In this document: piece by piece, positions 9,944-18,482 of the stretch
How positions within the stretch are numbered: the first letter of the stretch is position 1
Layout: every line of letters starts with the position of its first letter
DNA from: Candidatus Nomurabacteria bacterium
GTDB taxonomy: Bacteria; Patescibacteriota; Minisyncoccia; Phycocordibacterales; UBA9973
Assembly: GCA_026395965.1 (NCBI GenBank)
Contig: JAPLXS010000012.1
Span: forward strand, 36,116 to 100,115
Length of the DNA: 64,000 nt
Direction: 5' to 3'
Program-made: the position numbers and the translations under genes
Notes under the pieces: generated by a model
What the model was told of the DNA's origin: nothing
Database searches by the model: none
The model's input: only the letters and a program-made list of their open reading frames with translations

Positions 9944-11737
9944 ATGAAAAAAAGACAGATTGCTTTCTCGGTTATGTTCACATTGGTTTGGTATTTCTTA
10001 AGTGAATACCTATTTATGCCCGCTATCTCATTTGATTCCACTACTGGAATTTATTGGAACTTAATTGTTTATCTTACTGTGATGGCTATTATCTTTTTCA
10101 ATATTGATTCTAACAAAAAATCTGATTTTGGAAAGGCATTATGTATCGTATTAGGGATCTCTGCTATTATTTTACTGCTTGGTCTTGGTATTGGTGGATT
10201 CTTTTCCACTTCTACATGGATGAATACTGAAAAGTATAGAGGAATGATTGGTAACATTAAAGAAACTGAATTTACGGCAAATGTTCAACCAATCGCTGTA
10301 AATCAAATGCTAATTGTTGATGAAGAAATTGCGAAAAGAGTTGGAGAAAAAGTTTTAGGATCAGATCCTGGACTTGGAAGCCGCTCAGAAATTGGCGATT
10401 ATACTCTTCAAGCTGTTAATGGTCAGCTCTATTGGATTGCTCCTTTACTCCACAGTGGATTTTGGAAATGGAATTCTTTTGGAGACGAAGGTACTCCAGG
10501 TTATGTACGTGTTTCAGCAACAAATCAAGAAGACTATGCTTTGGTGACAAATGTAAAAGGAAAAAAATTACATATTGTATATCAGCCAGAAGCATATTTT
10601 AGTCAGGATTTAGAGAGACATATCTACACAAACGGGTACCGTTCTATTTTATTCAGCGACTTCACTTTTGAAGTTGATGATAATTGGAATCCTTATTGGA
10701 CTGTAACTGTTCAAAAAACAAAAATTGGTTTTAGTGGAAATGATGCTGTTGGTGTGCTTGTCGTGGATCCTCAGACGGGGGATGTGCGTCAGTATAAAAC
10801 AGAAGAAGCTCCTGCCTGGATCGATCGTATTCAGCCAAAAGATTTTGTTTCTGAACAAGTAGATGACTGGGGAAATTATATTCACGGTTATTGGAATTGG
10901 TCAGGAAAAGATAAAATCAGAGTAGCTGAAGAAAGTTCACTTGTTCTTGGTAATGACGGAAGATCATATTTTTATTTTGGTCTTACTTCAGAAGGAAAAG
11001 ATGAATCAACAGTGGGTTTTGTTATGGTAGATACCAGAACAAAAAAAGCTCATTGGTTTAAACAAGCAGGAGCTACAGAAAAAGCAGCTAGGGTCTCAGC
11101 TGAGGGCAAGGTACAAGAAAAAGGTTTTGTAGGTTCTGATGGTGTGACATACAATATTGATGGTCACCCTACTTATGAATTCCTTTTAAAAGACAAAGGT
11201 GGCTTGATGAAACTTGTAGCCTTGGTAAATGTCCACGATCACACTCTTGTAGGTATTGGTGAAAATCGCCAACAAGCCATAAGAGATTACCGTAATCAAA
11301 TGACTAGTCGTGGAAACACGGTATCGTTAGTTACTAGCGATATGGAATCAACTGTTCTTGTTTCAAAAATTTTAAGGATTGCATCTTTGATTAGCAAAGG
11401 GGAAACTTATTATCAATTTATTTTGGTAAAAGAACCCAAAACTATCTTTACTGCAGGCACTGAAATTTCAGATGAACTTTCTTTAACAAAAGAAGGGGAT
11501 GTTATTAAGATTTATTATGTAAAGCTTAATTCTGAATCAAGTGTGTCTATATCAAAATTTGATAATATCGAATTAATGATAGGCAGTGACTCTATTCAAA
11601 TTAAAAATGAAGAGAGATTAGATACAATTAAAGCAAAAGTAATTCAACAAAAATCAGAAGAAGTTGTTGATAACAAAATCAACAATCTTTCATCTGTTGA
11701 GAAGAAAAAACTTTTGAAATTAATTAAACAAAAGTAA
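9944..11737 (+). CDS. Large membrane-anchored hypothetical protein (3 N-terminal TM helices plus ~500-aa extracytoplasmic region, Lys-rich C-terminus)
   Basis: 597-aa ORF that looks locally more GC-rich than its surroundings (by eye). No known catalytic motif was recognised. Confidence 0.55.
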   Translation: MKKRQIAFSVMFTLVWYFLSEYLFMPAISFDSTTGIYWNLIVYLTVMAIIFFNIDSNKKSDFGKALCIVLGISAIILLLGLGIGGFFSTSTWMNTEKYRGMIGNIKETEFTANVQPIAVNQMLIVDEEIAKRVGEKVLGSDPGLGSRSEIGDYTLQAVNGQLYWIAPLLHSGFWKWNSFGDEGTPGYVRVSATNQEDYALVTNVKGKKLHIVYQPEAYFSQDLERHIYTNGYRSILFSDFTFEVDDNWNPYWTVTVQKTKIGFSGNDAVGVLVVDPQTGDVRQYKTEEAPAWIDRIQPKDFVSEQVDDWGNYIHGYWNWSGKDKIRVAEESSLVLGNDGRSYFYFGLTSEGKDESTVGFVMVDTRTKKAHWFKQAGATEKAARVSAEGKVQEKGFVGSDGVTYNIDGHPTYEFLLKDKGGLMKLVALVNVHDHTLVGIGENRQQAIRDYRNQMTSRGNTVSLVTSDMESTVLVSKILRIASLISKGETYYQFILVKEPKTIFTAGTEISDELSLTKEGDVIKIYYVKLNSESSVSISKFDNIELMIGSDSIQIKNEERLDTIKAKVIQQKSEEVVDNKINNLSSVEKKKLLKLIKQK

Positions 11738-11940
11738 ATTAAATTACAAAAAACCAGATCAAAATGATCTGGTTTTTTTAATTTTTTAAGCTTACAGTAA
11801 ATATAAACTAATATATTCATTTCTCTACAAAACAAAACAGTATCTATTTAATATATCGTTTCGGAGTCTAAATACTTTACAAAACATATATATATGATAT
11901 AATAAGGAAAATAAATTTTGTAACTTAATAATAATTATAT

Positions 11941-12393
11941 ATGAAAAATGAGGCAATAAAACAATGCCGGGCCCGTATTCAAGGATATATTGAAAAAATT
12001 GATTTGATTAAAAAAAGTGCTGATGATGATTTAATTTTTTTAATTGATTTTATAAAAGAATGCCATGAATCAAAAAAAGATTTTACCAATGTGTTTATAT
12101 CTATCGCAGAAGATACAAGAAATGAATTAAATATGGATATCCAAATTGAGTCTCTATTGTCTGATGATGAAAATATGGAGCAAGATGAAGAGATTGAAAT
12201 ATTTCTTTCTTCATTGAAAGAATTTTCAATTAAAACTAAACTATATAAATCAGAAATAGATTCCGAGCTTTCTGGAAAGATAAAAAAAGTAGTAGAGGAT
12301 TTTGACGAAGCTATTCACGAAGAAATTGATTCTATTCTTGAGCTTATCGCTAGGGAACAACGCAAAATTGAAGAAATTCAAAATGAATCTTAA
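11941..12393 (+). CDS. Acidic helical hypothetical protein
   Basis: 150-aa ORF rich in D/E and followed by a hairpin terminator at 12421-12448. Confidence 0.45.
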   Translation: MKNEAIKQCRARIQGYIEKIDLIKKSADDDLIFLIDFIKECHESKKDFTNVFISIAEDTRNELNMDIQIESLLSDDENMEQDEEIEIFLSSLKEFSIKTKLYKSEIDSELSGKIKKVVEDFDEAIHEEIDSILELIAREQRKIEEIQNES

Positions 12394-12499
12394 AGAAACA
12401 AAACCGTATAACCATTAACGCCACTTCGAAAGAGGTGGTTTTTTTTATTGACAAATAAATTGTATATGATATTTTTTTTTAAACAAAAAATCTTATATC

Positions 12500-12856
12500 A
12501 TGCATATAATAAACACTGGTAAAGAACATGTAGTGTTCACTCAAATCTCGGAAGAAACAACAATACTTCCAATAGATACTTGCGAAATACTTTTTAAGCA
12601 AGAAGTTGTATTATCTGAAAATAATCAAAAAGCACATTTGGTTATCATAAAGAAAGACGACCCTTCCAAACTTATTTCCAAAATAGAGAGTATCGCTGTT
12701 CGCCCTGCTAATCGAGCATTCATTCGTACTGTTGATGCAAAATTCGTTCAAGCACAAGAAATTCTTGTTGGATTTATCCAGGACGAACAAGTGAAAGAAA
12801 TAACACTCTTTCCTTGTAGGGTTATTGATATTGTTCCAAATGGATACTTGCAGTAG
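12500..12856 (+). CDS. Hypothetical protein
   Basis: 118-aa ORF with no recognised motif. Confidence 0.4.
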   Translation: MHIINTGKEHVVFTQISEETTILPIDTCEILFKQEVVLSENNQKAHLVIIKKDDPSKLISKIESIAVRPANRAFIRTVDAKFVQAQEILVGFIQDEQVKEITLFPCRVIDIVPNGYLQ

Positions 12857-13041
12857 TATCATGAACCTCACACTCTTGAGGAATTGTCATTGACATGAGT
12901 ATTGATTTTGTCCCCGTTTTATCACAATGAAATGGAGAGCCTTGAGGAAGCAGAGCCTCATATAAAAACCGACTATTTGAAATAGGCGGTTTTATTTTGT
13001 CCGCTCGAGATTAATAATAATTATAATGATATAATGAATTT

Positions 13042-13668
13042 ATGAAAACTATTTTAATCATCTTAGTTGTTTTAATACTATGGTCTATCTGGGGGTATTT
13101 TGGTTCGCGTGTGGAGCAATCAGATTACACGGTTATCGAAAAAAAGAAAGATTATGAAATTCGTAATTATCCAGCACATATTGTAGCAGAAACAGCAATT
13201 TTGAGTTCTACATATAGCAATGCCATGAATTCAGGTTTTTCAATTGTGGCAGGATATATTTTTGGCGGAAATACAAAAAAAGAAAAAATCGCTATGACAG
13301 CACCAGTAGTAGAAAAATCTGGTTCTTCAGAGAAAATCTCTATGACAGCCCCAGTAATAGTGAATACAGAAGGAGATACACATGTAATTTCTTTTGGAAT
13401 GCCTCGCTCTTACTCTTCTATAGAGACCTTACCAATTCCAAATGACTCTCGAGTAAAGCTTCGCGAAGTATCTGCGCAAAAGATGGCTGTACTTCGCTTC
13501 TCATGGTCTAGATCAGAAAGTAGGGTAAAAAAAATGAAAGAAAAACTTTTAAATTATCTTATTCGTGACAAAGTAGAAATTATTAGTACTCCTAGCTATG
13601 CCGGCTACAACGCTCCTTGGACACCACCTTGGATGGTTAGGAATGAAATTTTGGTTGAAATAAAATAA
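13042..13668 (+). CDS. SOUL/HBP family heme-binding protein with N-terminal TM anchor
   Basis: C-terminal YNAPWTPPWMVRNEILVE is typical of the SOUL family (YNPPW..RRNEV). The N-terminus is hydrophobic. Confidence 0.7.
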   Translation: MKTILIILVVLILWSIWGYFGSRVEQSDYTVIEKKKDYEIRNYPAHIVAETAILSSTYSNAMNSGFSIVAGYIFGGNTKKEKIAMTAPVVEKSGSSEKISMTAPVIVNTEGDTHVISFGMPRSYSSIETLPIPNDSRVKLREVSAQKMAVLRFSWSRSESRVKKMKEKLLNYLIRDKVEIISTPSYAGYNAPWTPPWMVRNEILVEIK

Positions 13669-13818
13669 TTTGAGTAGTAAGGATAGTCATTTCGAGTTAA
13701 TAACCACTATTAAGGGCTATTTTATGATTGGAAAATATATAATATTATGAGATAATAAACTTATATTATGTGGAGCTGTGTTGGTTTTATTTAATAAAAA
13801 ATACTATAATATGAATAT

Positions 13819-14037
13819 ATGAGATTAAAATTTAAGGAAGTCTTTGAAGAAAATAATGATGGTTCTTTGACCCCTAAAAGGCAAATTTTTGTTAATGGTA
13901 TTAGTTTTAACCAAGGTGTTACATTCCAGAAGGGTGTATCTTTTGGTGGTGTAGATTTTCATCTTTATAAATATTGGGATATTGAAGCTGAAGAAAAAAA
14001 TGGCATTTTAGATATTAAAGGGTTTTATCAACGATAG
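13819..14037 (+). CDS. Small protein with ~4 tandem pentapeptide-like repeats (ISFNQ GVTFQ KGVSF GGVDF)
   Basis: The repeat periodicity is visible in the translation. 72 aa. Confidence 0.35.
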   Translation: MRLKFKEVFEENNDGSLTPKRQIFVNGISFNQGVTFQKGVSFGGVDFHLYKYWDIEAEEKNGILDIKGFYQR

Positions 14038-14041
14038 AATT

Positions 14042-14389
14042 ATGGTTGATAATATTCCTACAAAAAAAGAAATAGTTAGTCTTGTTGAAGCACAGGCGAA
14101 TTCAATTGATGATGTTTCTAAACGTTTTTATAGGATTGAAAGTTTAGTTAACACACAAGAATTTCGCAACGAAAAACAAGAAGCAAGAAACCATAGTGTT
14201 GCGATAGCTGTTCTTGTCTCATTTGTATTGATTGTTGGTTCAGTTGCAGTATCTGTTATTATTACAAATAAAAAAGATGCACAATTTTATTCTGATTTAC
14301 AAAAAAATATTTATGAACAAGATTTAAAGGTTCAAGATTTAAATAATCAAATTTTAAATATTAAAATTCGTAACCCTTATTTAAAATAA
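14042..14389 (+). CDS. Small single-pass membrane protein with coiled-coil
   Basis: One TM helix (VAIAVLVSFVLIVGSVAVSVII). It follows the previous ORF after a 4-nt gap. Confidence 0.4.
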   Translation: MVDNIPTKKEIVSLVEAQANSIDDVSKRFYRIESLVNTQEFRNEKQEARNHSVAIAVLVSFVLIVGSVAVSVIITNKKDAQFYSDLQKNIYEQDLKVQDLNNQILNIKIRNPYLK

Positions 14390-14398
14390 TTTAATAAA

Positions 14399-15163
14399 AT
14401 GAATTTATCTTTAAATAAAAATTTGGGTAATAAATATTCAAATCAATCGCAAAAAATAAGAGTTATTACTGAAAATTGGGTTCTAAATCAAATATATTGT
14501 CCAAGTTGTGGTGGTATTATAACTAACTATGTAAACAATAAACCTGTTGCAGATTTTTATTGTAAAAAGTGTGTTGAAGATTTTGAATTAAAATCAAAGA
14601 AAGGAAAAATAGGAAAAACTGTACCTGCTGGAGCGTATTCTAAAATGATTGAAAGGATAAATTCCTCGACAAAACCAAATTTCTTTTTTATGGGTTACTT
14701 GGGGACTTTGTGTGTAAATAATTTTTTTGTAATACCAAAACACTTTTTTATTTCAGAAATTATAGAAAAAAGAAAGCCACTTAGTAATAACGCAAGAAGG
14801 GCAGGTTGGGTTGGTTCAAATATTATTTTTTCAAAAATACCAAAAGCAGGGCAAATTTTTTATATTGAAAATGGTAAAGAGATTTCTAAAGAAGAGGTTT
14901 TAGAGAAATGGCAAAAAACAGTCTTTTTAAAGAAAATTAAAAGAGTAGATGCTAAAGGTTGGATTTTAGATATTATGAATTGCATTGATGCTTTAAATAA
15001 AAATGAGTTTACGTTAGTAGATATATATAAGTTTGAATCTGAATTAAAAAACATTCACCCAGAAAATAAGCATATCAAAGATAAAATCCGTCAGCAATTA
15101 CAATTTTTACGAGATAAAAATTATATTGATTTTGTTGGTTCTGGTAAGTATAAATTGAAGTAG
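14399..15163 (+). CDS. dpnI-like: DpnI-family (Dam-replacing family) methylation-dependent type IIM restriction endonuclease, PD-(D/E)XK catalytic domain plus C-terminal winged-helix
   Basis: 254 aa, the same length as S. pneumoniae DpnI, and collinear with it from memory: YSNQSQKIRVITENWV, YCPSCGG, PVADFYCKKCVEDFELKSKKG (D..E-x-K), NPNFFFMGY, RKPLSNNARRAGWVGSNI, IKDKIRQQLQFLRDKNYIDFVGSGKYKL. Confidence 0.85.
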   Translation: MNLSLNKNLGNKYSNQSQKIRVITENWVLNQIYCPSCGGIITNYVNNKPVADFYCKKCVEDFELKSKKGKIGKTVPAGAYSKMIERINSSTKPNFFFMGYLGTLCVNNFFVIPKHFFISEIIEKRKPLSNNARRAGWVGSNIIFSKIPKAGQIFYIENGKEISKEEVLEKWQKTVFLKKIKRVDAKGWILDIMNCIDALNKNEFTLVDIYKFESELKNIHPENKHIKDKIRQQLQFLRDKNYIDFVGSGKYKLK

Positions 15164-15281
15164 TTGACTTTAATTCAAATTCGATCAATGATCAGATCAT
15201 TATTAAGTTAATGGTTATATTTTTATATGTACTCGCAAGGACAGTCTTTGTAAGTCAAAAATGATTCCACTCGTACGCTTA

Positions 15282-15938
15282 CTACTTTCCTTTGATTCTT
15301 ATACCAGCACCAGGATATGATTGGATACCATTAATAGCTTCTAAGTCACTTGAGGAAACCAGCCCAACAACCTCGTCATTTTCTACGAGCATGATAGGTC
15401 CGCCAGAATATCCTTTTGGCGTAGGGAAATTTAGTAATACATGCAGTGATTTAACTTGCATGTTAGTGTCTTTATCTGTTCGAATGATATTTTGAACCTT
15501 AACTATGTTTCCTCTTGAATATGATATTTGAATCCTTGCGGATATTAATTCAAACTTAGTGCTAACCATTTTTAATAAAGGTTTGTTTATTGAGGTTTCC
15601 TGGAGGGGAAAACCTACAGCATACGCCTTAACGCCATTTGTTATATCCGTGCGAGAAGCTCTGAGGAATTCTGAGGAGTGTCGAGATATTCGACAAATTG
15701 TATAATCTTCTGATGGTTTGTAATAGGTAATTGAAGGATTTTTTAAAATTTCACCAGTAGAATTTATCAGGTAGATATCATATGTGTAATTTGGCATTAA
15801 TACATGGGCGGCTGTAACAAATTCTTCTTGGGAAACAAAAAACCCTGTACCAAGTAATTTAGGAAGTACTTTTTCTTTTGGTTGTTTACCATCCATTTCA
15901 ATGATGGCATATATTGCATTTTCAATATTTTGACTCAT
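15282..15938 (-). CDS. Trypsin-like (S1 family) serine protease, cytoplasmic (no signal peptide)
   Basis: His motif GTGFFV..TAAHV, Ser motif GYSGGPIM, and chymotrypsin-fold spacing. Confidence 0.7.
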   Translation of the reverse strand: MSQNIENAIYAIIEMDGKQPKEKVLPKLLGTGFFVSQEEFVTAAHVLMPNYTYDIYLINSTGEILKNPSITYYKPSEDYTICRISRHSSEFLRASRTDITNGVKAYAVGFPLQETSINKPLLKMVSTKFELISARIQISYSRGNIVKVQNIIRTDKDTNMQVKSLHVLLNFPTPKGYSGGPIMLVENDEVVGLVSSSDLEAINGIQSYPGAGIRIKGK

Positions 15939-16197
15939 ATAAAGATATTATAAGTAGTTAATTATTTTTATAATCGGAGCAATTCAGGTTGTTTTAGTAT
16001 GCTTCTCGTACTAGCACGTGATGGCGAGCGTTCAACAGATAGAACCAATTAGATTCCTTACCCCTAACGCTGTTCATTACTTTTTTAGTATAACAGAACG
16101 ACCCTTCTCGTACTATCAAGTATTGTACTAATATTAGAGATTTTTATTCCCCAGAAAATGAGGAATAATCAATTACGAAATAGATATAAAAAGAAAT

Positions 16198-16884
16198 TTA
16201 ATTAACAGGGATAGTTTCAAACATATTATCAAAACTTGAAACCTTCAATGTATTAACTATTTCTTCTGAAGCTTTAACTAGATCTTTCATTATCTGGAAA
16301 GACAAATCTGTTACCTCAATTAATTTACCATGATCAAAAGAATATGTATTTTCATTATATACTATTGGTAAACTAGCTTTTTTTTGCTTATCACAATAAT
16401 AACCATTATTATGAACAAGATTTCTTAAATGTCTTCCAAGATCAAAAACTGAAGAAAGATGTTTGGTTTCTATTTCTTTAAAAAGACATTCGTAAATGTT
16501 TTTAAAGTCGCCGAGCCCGTCATTACATGCACCTGGCTTTACATGTAATAGAATATTTCTAAGTGACCATTCAAGCCGTGAATAGAATATTAGATAGTAG
16601 CCCTTATACATACATACCTCAAATTCTCTCTTAAATTTAGTTATATCTTCTGGAGTTAACAGTTTCTTTTCCTCCCAAAAATCCACTTCTTTAAATTTGG
16701 TTTGAGCCAATTCAATAGCAACAGCATATGAATGTAATACATTGGATAGTTGACCAAAAATTGTCACCCTTAGATCATTCTTATCATCTTTCATTGAAGG
16801 ATATTTCTTTAGATTATCCTCATATAATTTAAAAGATAGTTCAACAGCCTGAGTAAAATTTGTGATATTGCTTGCATTTAACAT
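16198..16884 (-). CDS. Hypothetical protein with two R-x(4-6)-H motifs (possible HEPN-like / Abi-like)
   Basis: RNILLH (R-x4-H) and RHLRNLVH (R-x6-H) in a helical 228-aa protein. The assignment is tentative. Confidence 0.4.
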   Translation of the reverse strand: MLNASNITNFTQAVELSFKLYEDNLKKYPSMKDDKNDLRVTIFGQLSNVLHSYAVAIELAQTKFKEVDFWEEKKLLTPEDITKFKREFEVCMYKGYYLIFYSRLEWSLRNILLHVKPGACNDGLGDFKNIYECLFKEIETKHLSSVFDLGRHLRNLVHNNGYYCDKQKKASLPIVYNENTYSFDHGKLIEVTDLSFQIMKDLVKASEEIVNTLKVSSFDNMFETIPVN

Positions 16885-17065
16885 ATAAAAAATTTATAAA
16901 TTCTTAATTAGGTAATTCAGGAGCATTTTCTGAATAAGTTGTCCTCAATTTTTATAGGCCATTTATTTTATCAATTTCATAATGATATTTTTACTAGCTG
17001 CGGAAATGTAATGGTTTTTATAATAGTTTCATTATAAGTCTTTTTAAAGTAAAAACCAAATCAAA

Positions 17066-17090
17066 AACAGCCCCTTCCGGAGCTGTTTTT
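17066..17090. terminator. Bidirectional terminator hairpin aacagcccc ttcc ggagctgtt plus T-run
   Basis: GC-rich stem followed by TTTTT on the plus strand and an A-run on the other side. Confidence 0.55.
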
Positions 17091-17094
17091 GTAT

Positions 17095-17310
17095 ACTTCT
17101 CATACTAGAACTAATTGGTGAAACTACAGAGACCGCGAGTACGCTTATCGACTACCACGTAGTCAGGTACTTTTCCATCTACGATAAGGAAAAGTCTTTC
17201 GATTCTCTGACGCACGTGACGCAGGTCACGTGCTTAGGGTAACGCAAGAAAAAGGCTTGTCCTAAGACAAGCTCATTTTTCAACGCGTGACCCTACGGGT
17301 AATTTATTGG
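17095..17310 (-). repeat. Copy 1 (no intact tRNA) of a tRNA-trailer structured repeat element family
   Basis: ~70% identical to 17925-18120. It contains the conserved core ..CGATAAGCGTACTCGCGGTCTCTG.. and GTCAGAGAATCGAAAGACTTTTCC. A palindromic hairpin CACGTGAC-CTGC-GTCACGTG is inserted, and an acceptor-like GTAGGGTCAC lies next to a terminator palindrome. Confidence 0.6.
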
Positions 17311-17393
17311 AACTCTATTGTAGAGAATATAAGGGGATATAAGGTATTGAAAGATTGAAAATGTGAAATAAAGTATTATAATAAGGAAATTAT

Positions 17394-17915
17394 ATGAAAA
17401 AATTAACTATAGCAGTAGGAACAACTTCTTTACAAAAAATTAGTTATCTTAAGGAAGTATTAAAAGAGTTAGAGATAAAATCATCTATTAAATCTATTGA
17501 TGTAAAAAGTGGGGTTTCCGAACAACCAATAACATCAAGTGAGACTAAAAAAGGTTCCATAAATAGAGCAAAAAAAGCCTTGAAAGAAATTAAAGACTCC
17601 TATTTTTCTTTAGGTATAGAAGTTGGATATCATAAATATTCAAAAGATAAATATGAAATTTTTTGCTGGGTAACTTTAATTGATGATAGTGGTTATCAAA
17701 TATCTGGTCAGTCTCATAAATTTTTATTACCAGAATATCATCAAAAATTCTTACATAGCGGAAAGTATCTTGGAGATAATTTAGATGGTTATTCTAAAAA
17801 AAATAAAAATTTTGTTGATGTTTATATAGAAGATATGATCAGACATCGCAAACCATTTATTGTTGGTGCATTAAAAGATATTTTAGTTAGATATTTTAAG
17901 AAAGAGGATTTTTAA
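17394..17915 (+). CDS. yjjX-like: Inosine/xanthosine triphosphatase (non-canonical purine NTP phosphatase, YjjX family)
   Basis: VKSGVSEQPITSSETKKGSINRAKKA matches the YjjX VESGVPEQPFGSEETRxGAxNR block; ~170 aa. Confidence 0.65.
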   Translation: MKKLTIAVGTTSLQKISYLKEVLKELEIKSSIKSIDVKSGVSEQPITSSETKKGSINRAKKALKEIKDSYFSLGIEVGYHKYSKDKYEIFCWVTLIDDSGYQISGQSHKFLLPEYHQKFLHSGKYLGDNLDGYSKKNKNFVDVYIEDMIRHRKPFIVGALKDILVRYFKKEDF

Positions 17916-17924
17916 ATTAAATGA

Positions 17925-18120
17925 CGTCCTTAACAAAGGGGACAGAGACCGTGAGTACACTTATCGAACCCTACTGGTTCAGTACACCTTTTCAAAGTAT
18001 TTTTGCATAGCAAAAATACTTAATGAAAAGCTTTTCGATTCTCTGGCGCAAGCAAAGAAGTTTGCTTGCTTAGGGTCACAAATTAAAAAGCACCGACTGA
18101 AAAGTCGGCTTTTTAATTTG
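17925..18120 (-). repeat. Copy 2 of the tRNA-trailer structured repeat element, immediately 3' of tRNA-Glu
   Basis: It contains an inverted imitation of the tRNA-Glu 3' end (GTGACCCTA-[23-nt hairpin]-GCCAGAGAATCGAA) and the conserved core CGATAAGTGTACTCACGGTCTCTG. A terminator hairpin (18085-18115) makes a ~28-bp extended palindrome with the tRNA acceptor end. Confidence 0.6.
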
Positions 18121-18192
18121 TGACCCTACAGAGAATCGAACTCTGATTTTATCCTTGAGAAGGATACGTCCTAACCGTTAGACGATAAGGCC
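18121..18192 (-). tRNA. tRNA-Glu (anticodon CUC)
   Basis: Manual fold gives acceptor GGCCTTA/TAGGGTC (two G-U pairs), D-arm TCGTCTAACGGTTAGGACG, anticodon stem-loop TATCC-TTCTCAA-GGATA, and T-arm CAGAG-TTCGATT-CTCTG. CCA is not encoded. Confidence 0.8.
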
Positions 18193-18482
18193 AATATAAT
18201 TACGAATTAAAATTAAGAATTACAAAATAAATGTAAATAAAAATAATATAATTAATACGTAAATACATATACAAAATAGCAAAAATACAGTATTAATACA
18301 AGCCAAGTATTTACTATGAGTAGGGAATATATGTCTAAATATATGCATATATGTTATTATTTAGTAAATAAGCACACATATTGACAATATATGATGTATA
18401 TGCTATACTATTTTTAAGTGTGATTGATAATTTTGGTTAATTTGGAAAAATGAAAAATTCGTTTTTCTAAATTAACCAAAAT

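Noticed and set aside
17062-17093. The hairpin CAGCCCC-TTCC-GGAGCTG recalls the SRP RNA domain IV (CCGGAAGG)
   Set aside because: It has only a simple stem-loop followed by a T-run and lacks the symmetric and asymmetric internal loops and AGCAGC motifs of 4.5S RNA. A terminator fits better.
17925-18192. Considered whether the tRNA-like repeats encode a tmRNA (SsrA), a permuted or two-piece tmRNA, or a split tRNA
   Set aside because: No GGGG..acceptor 5' strand, no CCA-terminated acceptor pairing, and no tag-peptide reading frame. The T-arm 5' strand lies ~75 nt from the T-loop, and the acceptor strand pairs only with the real tRNA across the terminator, so it is not a tmRNA or a tRNA.
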